A model generated the notes under the pieces. That model saw only the letters and a program-made list of their open reading frames with translations, made no database searches and was not told the DNA's origin. A stretch of 64,000 nt of DNA from Verrucomicrobiota bacterium (GTDB lineage: Bacteria; Verrucomicrobiota; Verrucomicrobiia; Limisphaerales; JADJPG01), in the NCBI GenBank assembly GCA_041166945.1, contig JBEEGQ010000183.1, forward strand, positions 742-64,741, in the 5' to 3' direction. A program made the translations under genes and the position numbers. Positions 18,874 through 28,415 of this stretch are shown one piece after another (position 1 is the stretch's first letter; the number at the start of each line of letters is the position of its first letter).

Positions 18874-19926
18874 TCAGCCCAGGTCGTGCCATCCATGCTG
18901 CTCTCGGACATCGATCATCGCCCGCAAAATGTTGTTCCAGGTCTCCTGCTTCCGCATCACATCGTTCGGAAACATGCAGCCATCCCAGCAGACGTGCATC
19001 ACCGCTTTCGTCAGCTTTTTCTTCTCGTCCCGCAGCCAGAAGCCCGCGTGATGGGCGATGTTCAATTTGCCGTTCGGGTCGTTCACGACACAATGGCGGC
19101 CGGTCTTATCATGCCCGCCTGACCCCTTCACCGTGGCGTCGTTCTGGGCGACATGGAAATCGATCGTCCACGGGCGGAGCGCAGCCGTCAGCTTGACGAG
19201 CGCCTTGTCCAGGGTGGATTTGTCCTTCCAATTGTAGCCGGCCGGCAGGATCGCGTCTTTTTCGGCGTTGTAACCCAGCGTGTAAAGAAGCGTGTGCGCC
19301 ATGTCCGCTTGGAAACCCACGGTCTGCGGACGGTCCGTCGCCTCGAGCAGATTCACCATGTTGCGCCATGAATGCATGCCGCCCCAGCAAATCTCCCCTT
19401 CCGCAGCCAGCCGTTCACCATGCTCCTCGGCAATTACCGCCCCTTCGCGAAAGGTTTGGGCGATGCGCTTCGTGTTGCCCTTGGGATCCTTGTCCCAATC
19501 CGCGACGCCCGCCGCGGAATCGATCCGCACGATCCCATAGGGACGCACGCCGATCTGCCGAAGCGTCCGCCCGATGCGACAGGCTTTGCGAACCGCCGTG
19601 AGCCAGTTGGCCCGCTGGGTGTCGTCGCCCATCGCCGAGGCATCGAACCAGACCGGCGCCACCACCGACCCCACCACGAATCCCCTCCCCGCGATCTTTT
19701 CAGCAAGCGCCTTAATCCCGTCGTCACCGATGTCGATCGACACGTGCGGATCATAAAGAAACAGATCGACGCCATCGAAGCGCGTCCCATTGACCTCCGC
19801 TTTGGCCGTCAAATCGAGCATGGTATCCAGGTCGATGGAGGGTTCCGCCCCGGGCCCGCCCTTGCCCACGAGGCCGGGCCACATGGCATTATGAAGTTTG
19901 GGAAAGAGATTCTTCTGTTTGCTCAT
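18874..19926 (-). CDS. Sugar phosphate isomerase/epimerase (xylose isomerase-like TIM barrel)
   Basis: 350 aa. [23 protein letters not shown]...DGVDLFL... resembles the PVC-typical TIM-barrel family that is usually paired with Gfo/Idh/MocA oxidoreductases. Confidence 0.75.
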   Translation of the reverse strand: MSKQKNLFPKLHNAMWPGLVGKGGPGAEPSIDLDTMLDLTAKAEVNGTRFDGVDLFLYDPHVSIDIGDDGIKALAEKIAGRGFVVGSVVAPVWFDASAMGDDTQRANWLTAVRKACRIGRTLRQIGVRPYGIVRIDSAAGVADWDKDPKGNTKRIAQTFREGAVIAEEHGERLAAEGEICWGGMHSWRNMVNLLEATDRPQTVGFQADMAHTLLYTLGYNAEKDAILPAGYNWKDKSTLDKALVKLTAALRPWTIDFHVAQNDATVKGSGGHDKTGRHCVVNDPNGKLNIAHHAGFWLRDEKKKLTKAVMHVCWDGCMFPNDVMRKQETWNNILRAMIDVREQHGWHDLG

Positions 19927-20014
19927 GCCGATGCCTTTGATGTTTAAGATGCGCCCGAGCTGATGTGGGGACTTCTCTGCCGAAAACGCGTGCCGAGGGC
20001 AAGCCTGATCTGGC

Positions 20015-21175
20015 TTATCGCGTGAAGGATTTTGTAAAATCCTCAGACGACACTTCGATTACTTTTTTTCGCAACTTCGAACCCGCGATAAGTTCGGCAA
20101 GTTTATTTTCATACGCCGCGGCATCCAGCGGGAGTTCGATGGTCTGGCCGATAAGCGACGAATACAGCATCGCGTTGGCGAGTTCGACGGAATAAATCCC
20201 TTCCTGGCCGGGCACGAGCAACGGCGCGCCGTCGAGGATCGCATCGACAAAATTCTGCATCAACGTGGCGTGTTGCGAAGGCGCATTGTCGAAGGGAATG
20301 TCGCATTGCCAGACCTCAGGCCGCGCAAAACCGGTGCGCACCGCCCGGCTGAATTCGAGCATGTCGGCTTCGTTGCGCGTAAAGCTCAGCTTGTTGTTCT
20401 CGAGCACGAGGCGTCCCCGCGTCCCCGCCAGCTCGAACCGGTTCGTGCCGGGTGCTTCCCCTGTGCTGGAAATAAAAACGCCGGTCGCGCCGCTGCCCCA
20501 CTCGAGATGCACAGTCACGTTGTCCTCGACTTCAATGTCGTGAAAGCGGCCGAGCTGGCAAAAGCCGCGGACCCGCGCCGGCATTCCAACGAGCCACTGA
20601 AGCGTGTCGAGCTGGTGAAGACATTGGTTCAGCAACACCCCGCCGCCCTCCCCTTTCCACGTCGCGCGCCAGCCGCCACTCGAGTAATAAGCCTCGGTGC
20701 GAAACCAATCGGTGATGATCCAATTGACGCGCACGATGCTCCCTAAATCGCCCTCCTGGATGAGCCTTCGGATTCGGGTGTAACGCGGCTCGGTCCGGAG
20801 CTGGAACATCGCCCCAAAAATCTGCTTCGGCCGTTCCGCCGCCACGGCAATAAGACGTTCCGCATCGGCTTTGTGTGACGCGATGGGTTTCTCGACCATC
20901 ACGTGCAATCCGGCTTCCAGCGCTGCGATCCCCTGGGCGGGATGCTGGGGATGCGGCGTTGCGATCAGGACGGCATCCACCGCGCCGGATCCGATTAATT
21001 TCGAAGCATCATCGAAAACAGCGACGCCCCTGTTCCTGAAAGCGTCGAGCTTTTGAGGGGAGGTCGAACAAACGGCCGCCAGTTCGCATCGGGCGACCTT
21101 CTCCGCCAGCAGATAGTCGGCGTGAAACTTCCCGATGTTTCCCATGCCGATAAGGCCCAGACGGACTTTGTTCAT
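20015..21175 (-). CDS. Gfo/Idh/MocA family oxidoreductase
   Basis: [22 protein letters not shown] is a Rossmann GxGxxG motif, followed by ...HVMVEKPIA. 386 aa. Confidence 0.85.
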   Translation of the reverse strand: MNKVRLGLIGMGNIGKFHADYLLAEKVARCELAAVCSTSPQKLDAFRNRGVAVFDDASKLIGSGAVDAVLIATPHPQHPAQGIAALEAGLHVMVEKPIASHKADAERLIAVAAERPKQIFGAMFQLRTEPRYTRIRRLIQEGDLGSIVRVNWIITDWFRTEAYYSSGGWRATWKGEGGGVLLNQCLHQLDTLQWLVGMPARVRGFCQLGRFHDIEVEDNVTVHLEWGSGATGVFISSTGEAPGTNRFELAGTRGRLVLENNKLSFTRNEADMLEFSRAVRTGFARPEVWQCDIPFDNAPSQHATLMQNFVDAILDGAPLLVPGQEGIYSVELANAMLYSSLIGQTIELPLDAAAYENKLAELIAGSKLRKKVIEVSSEDFTKSFTR

Positions 21176-21249
21176 GCGAAGGCCAATAGTAACGGCAGCC
21201 GCTGAATATTGTCGAGAATCCTCGAAAAGCCCAGGTGCGCATCATCAAT

Positions 21250-21981
21250 TTAAGGTGATTCCCACTGGCCCTCCTTGACCAGGGCTTTCCAGAGCCGGCG
21301 CATTTTTTCCCGCGCCCGGAACGCCCTCACTTTCACGAGCGAAATGGACCATCCAGTCATCCGGCTGATTTCGTCCACACTGCGTTCCTCCAGGTGGAGC
21401 AGGTTGATGATCATCCGGTCTTCGGGCCATAACGGCGCCATGAGACGTTCCAGTAATTCGCGCGCCGCCCGAAGTTGCCCGGCCGGCACGTCCTCATCCG
21501 TGCAGGCGAGATGCTCGACCACCGCCTCCTGCTCCTGGCTCAAATCGCTCATCCGCAACTCGGGCCGCCCCGATTCGTGCTTGAGCTGATTGATGCACGT
21601 GTTGATGGCGATGCGGGACACCCAATGTTCCAATGGCACCCGGCCGGAGAACTGATGAAGGGATTTGAAAATTTTTGCGAAAATGGCCTGCGTCAAATCC
21701 TCCTCGAGGGTTCGCGGCGAAAGACGCCCGCGCACGATTTTCAGGACGAGTGGATAAAGCCTTTGGACCAGGGCGCGCGCAGCGGTTTCATCGCCCTGGC
21801 GCGCCTGTTCGATCCTCGATGAGTCCGCTGAATCGGGATTGCTTCCGGCCGCGCCGGATCGCTCCGCCAAGCGCGAGGCCCTCTCCCGCGCCATCCATCG
21901 AAGTGGCCAGTCTTGCAGTGCGGCAGGTTCCGGGGCGCAGTCCTCCGCGGGAGCCAGCGTTGCCATGGTGAGTGTTGCCAT
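21250..21981 (-). CDS. ECF-type RNA polymerase sigma-70 family factor with N-terminal extension
   Basis: Region 2: LEEDLTQAIFAKIFKSLHQFSGRVPLEHWVSRIAINTCINQLK. Region 4: SVDEISRMTGWSISLVKVRAFRAREKMRRL. There are ~55 extra N-terminal residues, so the start is uncertain. Confidence 0.8.
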   Translation of the reverse strand: MATLTMATLAPAEDCAPEPAALQDWPLRWMARERASRLAERSGAAGSNPDSADSSRIEQARQGDETAARALVQRLYPLVLKIVRGRLSPRTLEEDLTQAIFAKIFKSLHQFSGRVPLEHWVSRIAINTCINQLKHESGRPELRMSDLSQEQEAVVEHLACTDEDVPAGQLRAARELLERLMAPLWPEDRMIINLLHLEERSVDEISRMTGWSISLVKVRAFRAREKMRRLWKALVKEGQWESP

Positions 21982-22069
21982 TTCGGATCGTGATTTACAA
22001 AGACATGCGCAAACGCCGGGCGAAGTCCGCAGGAAATTTTTAGCGACGCCTTCTCAACCGACGATTTGT

Positions 22070-22636
22070 TCAATCGTTTGTGGCCGCCGTGCCTTTGATG
22101 CTGCCGACGTGGAAGTCCGCGTAGAGAACATTTTTGCCCGTTCCACCGCTGTGGAAGCTCTCGTAGTCATACATGAGAAAGGCTTCGCTGATCGGATTCT
22201 GGCTGTGACGCGGGCTGTCCACCGGCCGGCCGCCATACCAGTTGTTCCATTCGTAACTCGAGCCGTTCTGCTCAAAACGCAGCGCATTGTCGTCGGGGCA
22301 TCGAAAAACGGTGTTGTGTTGCGGCAACGCATTGGTGTTGTAGCTCAGCTCCGGGCCGAGAAGATCGCAGATCCGGGGCAGCGGCGGGTTCGTCGAGGGC
22401 AATGTCGGCAACTGTTCCGCCAGCGGCAACTTGCCTTCGTTCTCGTCGGCAAACATCCGGACGGCCACTCCGAGTTGTTTCAAATTGTTGACGCACGTGA
22501 TGTCGCGGGCCTTCTCCTTCGCCCGACCCAGGACGGGCAATAACAAGCCTGCCAGGATGGCGATGATCGCGATCACCACGAGCAGTTCAACCAGGGTGAA
22601 AGCCGCGCGACGCTCGAGTGCAGATGCTTTTTTCAT
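22070..22636 (-). CDS. Prepilin-type N-terminal cleavage/methylation domain protein (DUF1559 / 'H-X9-DG'-like pseudopilin)
   Basis: From ATG at 22636: [56 protein letters not shown]... The C-terminus is [14 protein letters not shown]. An alternative GTG at 22675 overlaps the upstream stop. Confidence 0.8.
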   Translation of the reverse strand: MKKASALERRAAFTLVELLVVIAIIAILAGLLLPVLGRAKEKARDITCVNNLKQLGVAVRMFADENEGKLPLAEQLPTLPSTNPPLPRICDLLGPELSYNTNALPQHNTVFRCPDDNALRFEQNGSSYEWNNWYGGRPVDSPRHSQNPISEAFLMYDYESFHSGGTGKNVLYADFHVGSIKGTAATND

Positions 22637-22671
22637 TCTGTCTAAAATTAATTTGAGTTGTGAATGTTCCG

Positions 22672-23865
22672 TCACCGCGGAGGGCCGCCCGGTCCGCCGG
22701 GACCACCGGGACCACCGCGGCCGGGGCCTCCGGGTCCGCCGCCGCCGGGCGGTCGCATCCGCGCACGCTGTTCCGGCGTTGTGTTCATGATGCGATCGCG
22801 GTTCATCTTTGCCATTTCCGGCCCGCTCCTCTGGCTAAAGCGCTGCGCGCGCTCCTCGGGAGTCATATTTTGCATCTCCTGCATCTCCTTCTCCCGCTCT
22901 GCCTGCGCCTGTTCGAGTTTCGCGCGCTCGTCCGCCGGCAACGCCTGGCGAAGCTCGGCTTCCAACGCCTCCCGCTGCTGGCGCAGCTCATCGTTTTGCG
23001 CATCACCCATTCGCGGTCCTCGAGGGCCCATCTGGCCGGAATCATTCGTCCCGTCGCGCGGCCGAGGCGGGCCGCCACCCCGTTCGCCGAGGCCACTTTG
23101 GTCATCGTTCATCGGCCCGCGCGACGCAAACTCGGGAGGCCCGCCGCGTCCTCGAGGCCCTCCCCCCGGACCGCCGGGTCCAAATTCCATCCGCAGCGTA
23201 TAAAGCCGTTTCCAACTGAGATGCGCCCTTTTCGCCAATTGCGCCACGGCGTCCTTCACGGTCGCCTTGTTCAGGGTAAACGTCACCGACGCGCTGGCGC
23301 CATCCTCGGGGACAACGCGAGTCTGCGCGAATCGGCCGAAAGCGAGCGTGGCGAACGACACATCCTTGTCCTGAATCTGCAACGACACCCGCTGCGGCGC
23401 GATCGAAAGCGGCCCGCCGAAAGGGCCTCCGCCGAATGGTCCGCCGCCACCGAACATCGGGCCCCCTCGAAAAGCGCCACGCACGTTCAAATTGGTCCAT
23501 CCGTTTTGAGCCGGATCCAACTCGCCGCGCAATGATTGCTTCAGGGCGCCCAAGGATTTGCCGGTCGAATAGAGCGGATAAATCACGCTGGATCGGCACG
23601 AGGTCTGATCGGCAACGAGGCGCAAAACGTTTTCGAGCGGCATTTTGCGGACGTTTAAGGTGACCTTTCCCTGCACCTCCTTTTGCACGTAAATCGTCTC
23701 CCACGTCTGTCGCTCAATTTTCTTCACCACCTCGCGCACGTCCATGTCCCGGACATTAAGCGTCACCCGGTTTGAATGCGCCCGAACCCCCAGCCAGGCG
23801 GCATAAATGGCGACGCCGACCACCACGAGCCCGATAATAAACAGCCGCTTGCTTCGAGGTTTCAT
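22672..23865 (-). CDS. Membrane-anchored hypothetical protein with STN-like repeats and Gly/Pro-rich spacers
   Basis: 397 aa. N-terminal TM ([20 protein letters not shown]). Three 'VTLNV/VTFTL...' beta-alpha units. Low-complexity stretches [28 protein letters not shown] and a C-terminal [24 protein letters not shown] charged helical region has two TPE(E/Q)RA motifs. Confidence 0.6.
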   Translation of the reverse strand: MKPRSKRLFIIGLVVVGVAIYAAWLGVRAHSNRVTLNVRDMDVREVVKKIERQTWETIYVQKEVQGKVTLNVRKMPLENVLRLVADQTSCRSSVIYPLYSTGKSLGALKQSLRGELDPAQNGWTNLNVRGAFRGGPMFGGGGPFGGGPFGGPLSIAPQRVSLQIQDKDVSFATLAFGRFAQTRVVPEDGASASVTFTLNKATVKDAVAQLAKRAHLSWKRLYTLRMEFGPGGPGGGPRGRGGPPEFASRGPMNDDQSGLGERGGGPPRPRDGTNDSGQMGPRGPRMGDAQNDELRQQREALEAELRQALPADERAKLEQAQAEREKEMQEMQNMTPEERAQRFSQRSGPEMAKMNRDRIMNTTPEQRARMRPPGGGGPGGPGRGGPGGPGGPGGPPR

Positions 23866-24036
23866 AATTCAAAAATTGCGGTCACAAAATTCATTGGTCC
23901 GGTTGCGAGTCCTGGACCACATCCTAACATGCGCAAAGCGACGGCCGTATCCGCAACATTTCACCGGAATTCGCATCGCACGATTTTTGGCGGACTTTTC
24001 GCGATTCTGGAGCATGCTTTTGAAGTCATTTAACCA

Positions 24037-25839
24037 ATGAAACAGCGGACCGGGAAACGGGCGCCACCCAATGCGCGCCGGCAGATGAAGCGACGATTCG
24101 CGCTGCTGCTTGTTTTGGCCGCTGTCGGTGCCGTGGCCGTCTTGGGCGCCCGCAAGGTTTTTCGTCCCCGGAAATCCGAGCCCGACCGGGCGGCCGAATA
24201 CCATCCACGACCCCCCGGCCAACTCACCTTTAACCGGGAAATTGCCCCGATTATTTACGGGAACTGCGCCATCTGCCATCGTCCAGGACAGGCCGGACCG
24301 TTCAGTCTGTTAAGTTACCGGGAGGTCAAGGACCACGCCCCCGACATCGTCAAGGTAACGGCCAGTCGCTTCATGCCGCCATGGCTCCCCGAGCATGATC
24401 GCCCCGCGATGGCGGGCGAACGCCGCCTGACGCCCGATCAAATCGGGGTGATCCAACAATGGGTCGCCGAGGGCGCTGCCGAGGGATCTCCCGGCGACCA
24501 CACGCCGGCGCCCACATGGGCCACAGGATGGCAGTTGGGGACGCCGGATTTGGTGGCGGAATTGCCGGAAGCCTACACGCTGCCCGCCGACGGCCGGGAT
24601 GTGTATCGGAACTTTGTGATCCCATTGCCGCTCTCACAACGCCGTCTGGTGCGCGCGCTCGAGTTCAGTCCCAATACAAAAGTCCTGCACCACGTTTTCA
24701 TCCGGTTCGATCGAACACGCCAGTCCCGGCGACGCGACGCGGAGGATCTTGAAGTGGGTTTCGGCGGGATGGCGCTGCCGCCGAGCGTGGAAGCGCCGGG
24801 AGGTTATTTCCTGAGCTGGCAGCCCGGGCGCGGCCCCACGCATTTTCCACCGGGCCTGGCCTGGGCGATCGAGCCGGGCAGCGACCTGATCCTGCAAGCT
24901 CACATGCAGCCCAGCGGCAAGCCGGAGCCGGTGCGTCCCAGGATCGGTTTTTATTTCACCGATGTCGCGCCGACGAATACCCCTTCAAAACTCGTGCTGA
25001 GCTCGCTGAATATCGACATTCCGGCTGGAGCCCGAAATTACGAAATCCGGGACAGTTATGTCCTTCCGGTCGACGCCGACCTCCTGGCTGTCCTGCCGCA
25101 TGCGCATTATCTGGCCCGTGAAATGCGCGGGCTGGCCGTCCTTCCCAATGGCGAGACTCGACCGCTGTTGAATATCCGCGACTGGGATTTTAACTGGCAG
25201 AGCGATTATCAGTACGCGGAACCAATTCATCTCCCGAAAGGAACGCGGCTGGAAATGAAGTTTACCTACGATAATTCCAGCCAGAATGTGCGGAACCCGC
25301 ATCAGCCGCCCGAGCCGGTGAGCTACGGCGTGCGTTCCACGGATGAGATGGGCGAATTATGGTTTCAGATGCTGATGGGGAACGCCAATGACCGCCGCAC
25401 GCTTGAGGACGATTACGCCAGGCGCCTCGTGCAGGAGGCCATTGACTATAACACGCTGATGCTTCGCCAAAATCCGTCCAACGCCCATGCCCATGTTCAA
25501 CTCGCCAAGGCGCTGATCAATCTCAATAGAAGCGGCGACGCATTCACTCACTTGCGCCGCGCGATTGAAATCGATCCGAACGAAGAGGAGGGCCATTACC
25601 ATCTCGGCGTGCTGGCAATGAACACGGACCCGATCAGCGCGGAGCCGGAATTCATGGAAACGATCCGGATCAATCCTGAAAATTTCAAAGCGCGTAATAA
25701 TCTCGGGCTCATCCTGATGAACTCCGGCCGGTACGCCGACGCCGAGGTGCAATTCCGGGCAGCCTTGGCGTTGCGCCCGACAGATCGAATTGTGATCGAT
25801 AACCTCAACCTGCTCCGCCAGCGAGCAGGCCGGCCCTGA
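24037..25839 (+). CDS. Haem-c motif (CxxCH) / PHM-DBH-like type-II copper monooxygenase-like / TPR protein
   Basis: 600 aa. FNREIAPIIYGNCAICHRPGQAGPF carries the CxxCH. Putative CuH ligands: VLHHVFI and LILQAHMQP. Putative CuM ligands: LPHAHYLAREM and GVRSTDEMGELW (compare PHM HHM...H / HxH...DEMC). The C-terminal ~170 aa are TPR-like. Confidence 0.7.
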   Translation: MKQRTGKRAPPNARRQMKRRFALLLVLAAVGAVAVLGARKVFRPRKSEPDRAAEYHPRPPGQLTFNREIAPIIYGNCAICHRPGQAGPFSLLSYREVKDHAPDIVKVTASRFMPPWLPEHDRPAMAGERRLTPDQIGVIQQWVAEGAAEGSPGDHTPAPTWATGWQLGTPDLVAELPEAYTLPADGRDVYRNFVIPLPLSQRRLVRALEFSPNTKVLHHVFIRFDRTRQSRRRDAEDLEVGFGGMALPPSVEAPGGYFLSWQPGRGPTHFPPGLAWAIEPGSDLILQAHMQPSGKPEPVRPRIGFYFTDVAPTNTPSKLVLSSLNIDIPAGARNYEIRDSYVLPVDADLLAVLPHAHYLAREMRGLAVLPNGETRPLLNIRDWDFNWQSDYQYAEPIHLPKGTRLEMKFTYDNSSQNVRNPHQPPEPVSYGVRSTDEMGELWFQMLMGNANDRRTLEDDYARRLVQEAIDYNTLMLRQNPSNAHAHVQLAKALINLNRSGDAFTHLRRAIEIDPNEEEGHYHLGVLAMNTDPISAEPEFMETIRINPENFKARNNLGLILMNSGRYADAEVQFRAALALRPTDRIVIDNLNLLRQRAGRP

Positions 25840-25865
25840 CGTGTTCGGCCGGACCGGCTCGTCGG

Positions 25866-26075
25866 TCAGCCTCCCGCGACAATCCTGACAATTTCAAGCC
25901 GGTCGCCGGGCTGCAAGTCACGGCGGCCGAATTCCGAGGGGGCCACCGCTTCCCCGTTGTGTTCGACGACCACGCTTCGTGGCGGCAAACCCTGCGCAAT
26001 GAGGAATTGCTCGATGGTGCATGGCAGCGCCGCGGTTGTCTCGCGGCCATTGGCGACGATGATGTTGATCTTCAT
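25866..26075 (-). CDS. thiS: Sulfur-carrier protein ThiS
   Basis: From ATG at 26075: MKINIIVANGRETTAALPCTIEQFLIAQGLPPRSVVVEHNGEAVAPSEFGRRDLQPGDRLEIVRIVAGG. 69 aa, ubiquitin-like, ending in GG like E. coli ThiS. Confidence 0.8.
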   Translation of the reverse strand: MKINIIVANGRETTAALPCTIEQFLIAQGLPPRSVVVEHNGEAVAPSEFGRRDLQPGDRLEIVRIVAGG

Positions 26076-26244
26076 CGGTTCGTGGAGATTCAACCAACGT
26101 CCGCCAGCCGTCCCAAGCTCAATTCCAGCACACCAGCATTATTTCGGCAGGGTCCCGCCGTTTTTTTGAAAGATTACGCGAATCTTTCCGTAAGAATAGT
26201 TAGGGCCGCTTGGAGGGCCCCGGAAAATCCTGACCCGGAGGAAT

Positions 26245-26790
26245 ATGACAACGTTTGCGACCAGGGAGAATGGACGGTGCGAAGCGCGGTTGAGATTGCC
26301 CACAGGCTTTGGGTCCGCATTGGGCAACAAGGAACTTGCGGAAGTCGTTCTCGAGGCAGTCCGGATGCTGGACGACGGGGAGCTGAACCCGCCGTTGTCC
26401 CCAGCCACCGCGCCGGCTTTTCGCCCGCGGGTCATGCTGGCCATGTTGACTTATTGCTATGCCATCGGCGTTTACAGCTCGAAGGATGTTGAAGAAATGA
26501 TGTACGTCGACGCGCCGTTTCGCGCCCTGTGCGGGATGGAGTATCCCGACTGGAAACGGCTCAAACGGTTTCGTCGCGACAATCACCCCGCGCTGGAGCG
26601 GACACTCGAGGAAACCTTCAGCCGGATTTGGATTTTGCATGAGACGCCCAGCCAGACTCGCGCGGATGAACCCTCAAATGGTCATTCGAGCAATGGCCTC
26701 CGCGAGCCGGCGCGGCAGGGATGGTTCCTCATCGAGGCACAGTCGCGCATCGAACAGGCCATGTTCATTGACCACATGACCGACGTCTGA
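26245..26790 (+). CDS. Stand-alone transposase InsH N-terminal (DUF772)-like domain protein
   Basis: FRPRVMLAMLTYCYAIGVYSSKDVEEMMYVDAPFRALCGMEYPDWKRLKRFRRDN resembles the DUF772 consensus (...Y.PR.ML..LLYGY..G..SSR.LE......AFRWL.G...PDH.T..RFR). No DDE catalytic domain follows and no terminal inverted repeats were seen. Confidence 0.55.
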   Translation: MTTFATRENGRCEARLRLPTGFGSALGNKELAEVVLEAVRMLDDGELNPPLSPATAPAFRPRVMLAMLTYCYAIGVYSSKDVEEMMYVDAPFRALCGMEYPDWKRLKRFRRDNHPALERTLEETFSRIWILHETPSQTRADEPSNGHSSNGLREPARQGWFLIEAQSRIEQAMFIDHMTDV

Positions 26791-26949
26791 ACTTTTGAGC
26801 AACAATCGAACAAAATATTCGCATGAAATTTCATCTCCAACAGTTACAACGCCGTTCGCTTCCCCGTGGACGCACTCCCCTCCCGCCTTAATCCCACCAC
26901 ACGACTTGCACCGGCCCTAAAACCGGTGTCCTTCCGTCGAGGTTGTTAC

Positions 26950-26984
26950 CTGGCGGCCGACAGTTTCGGCCGCCAGTCCTTTTT
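26950..26984 (+). terminator. Putative Rho-independent terminator
   Basis: Perfect 11-bp stem, CTGGCGGCCGA (26950-26960) pairing with TCGGCCGCCAG (26966-26976), with a 5-nt loop. TCCTTTTT follows. It lies ~160 nt downstream of the DUF772-like gene, and on the other strand no T-run follows. Confidence 0.45.
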
Positions 26985-27023
26985 GGATCGAGCCCCGCTC
27001 CTGCGGCGGCCCCCCGGTGCAAC

Positions 27024-28406
27024 TCAGGCAATGACGTTGTGAACGACCCGTCCCGCGATGTCGGTCAGGCGAAAGTCGCGTCCCCCATGCCGGTAAGTCA
27101 GGCGCTCGTGATCCAGCCCGAGCAGGTGAAGGATCGTCGCATGCAGATCGTGCACATGCACTTCATCACGGTCCACGCTGATCCCGTACTCATCCGATGC
27201 GCCATGGACAATTCCCGCTTTCACTCCGCCGCCGGCCAGCCACGAGGAAAAGACCGCGCTGTGATGCTCCCGTCCTTTGTGGCCCGCCTTTTCCACGAAT
27301 GGTGTCCGGCCGAATTCCGTTGTCCAAACCACCAGCGTGTCGTCCAGGAGCCCCCGCCGCTTGAGATCCTTCAGCAGGCCGGCGATGGGTTGATCCACAT
27401 TGCGCGAGAGCCGCCAATGATCGGCCATGTCCCCATGCGAATCCCAGTTCTTGTTGGATCCGGTATCGATCAATTCGATGAAACGAACGCCGCGCTCGGC
27501 CAGCCGGCGCGCCACCAGGCATTGCCACGCAAATCCCAGGCGCGCTCCGCGGGTCAACCCATACAGCTCGTGCGTCTCGTCCGATTCTCCCGATAAATCA
27601 AATGCCTCGGGCGCTTCCATCTGCATTCCAAACGCCGTTTCAAATGATTGAATCCGCGCGGCCAAAAGAGGGTCCGCCCCCCGGGCGCTCAAATGCCGGC
27701 GGTTCATCGACTGCAACAGGCCCAGTTCCAGCTCCTGCAAATCCGCAACGTTCGGCTGGGGCTTCATGTTGGCGATCGGCTCGGGTCCGGGCAGCACCCG
27801 CGTGCCTTGATGACAACCCGGCAGAAAATCGGACGACCAAACCTGCCCTCCGGCATACGGCAGGAACGGCGCCAGCACCACAAACGACGGCAAATTCCGG
27901 TTCACTGTCCCCATTCCATAACTGATCCACGATCCAATGCTCGGCCTCGCGAATGTCACCGAACCGGTGTGGATCCCCAGGGTCGCCTCAAAATGGCTCC
28001 CATGATCACCGCGCATCGAACGGATGATCGCCATATCGTCCACACACTCCGAAAGCGCCGGAAACAAATCGCTCACTTCTGTCCCGCTTCGCCCGTAACG
28101 CTCAAACTCCCATGACGGCGCCTTGAAGAAACCGCGCGGCCCTTTTTTCCCATCGTCGGCGAACAGCTTCGGCTTCGGATCAAACGAATCCACATGCGAC
28201 AAGCCGCCGCTCATGTAGAGAAAAATGACGCGCTTCGCCCGGGCTCGAAAATGCGGCGCCTTCGACGCCATCGGATCGGGAGCAATGGGCCCGTCCGCCT
28301 CACGGCCCAGCAATTCCGACAGGATTCCCGGCAGCAATAAGGAACCGCCCGCCAGCGAACGAATCGCGTGTCGCCGGTTGCAACCGCGCTGGAAGGAATC
28401 GAACAC
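27024..28406 (-). CDS. DUF1501 domain protein (sulfatase-fold, Tat-signal)
   Basis: MFDSFQRGCNRRHAIRSLAGGSLLLPG is Tat-like. Further matches: ...RVIFLYMSGGLSHVDSFDPKP... and ...WDSHGD... This is the classic DUF1501 layout of Planctomycetes and Verrucomicrobia. Confidence 0.85.
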   Translation of the reverse strand: MFDSFQRGCNRRHAIRSLAGGSLLLPGILSELLGREADGPIAPDPMASKAPHFRARAKRVIFLYMSGGLSHVDSFDPKPKLFADDGKKGPRGFFKAPSWEFERYGRSGTEVSDLFPALSECVDDMAIIRSMRGDHGSHFEATLGIHTGSVTFARPSIGSWISYGMGTVNRNLPSFVVLAPFLPYAGGQVWSSDFLPGCHQGTRVLPGPEPIANMKPQPNVADLQELELGLLQSMNRRHLSARGADPLLAARIQSFETAFGMQMEAPEAFDLSGESDETHELYGLTRGARLGFAWQCLVARRLAERGVRFIELIDTGSNKNWDSHGDMADHWRLSRNVDQPIAGLLKDLKRRGLLDDTLVVWTTEFGRTPFVEKAGHKGREHHSAVFSSWLAGGGVKAGIVHGASDEYGISVDRDEVHVHDLHATILHLLGLDHERLTYRHGGRDFRLTDIAGRVVHNVIA

Positions 28407-28415
28407 GGACTTAAC

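Noticed and set aside
18485-19196. ORFs 18485-19093 (-), 18516-18800 (-), 18609-19196 (+) and 18679-19122 (+) spanning the intergenic palindrome.
   Set aside because: They are translations of the REP-like inverted repeat (ADFQSAVS / TADWKSALR / RYSRLEVCAT in mirror frames) and of the antisense strand of the TIM-barrel isomerase gene. They are not independent genes.
26076-26244. TPP (THI-box) riboswitch upstream of thiS, and likewise upstream of the ThiP/FbpB-like permease at 3243-3386.
   Set aside because: I read both leaders on the coding strand. Neither has the conserved CUGAGA ... ACCUGAUCUGGAUAAUGCCAGCG-type core. The thiS leader has only GCTGGTGTGCTGGAATTGAGC, which does not fit.
26245-26790. 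Active IS element.
   Set aside because: Only the DUF772-like N-terminal domain is present. There is no DDE transposase domain, and I could not find terminal inverted repeats or target-site duplications.
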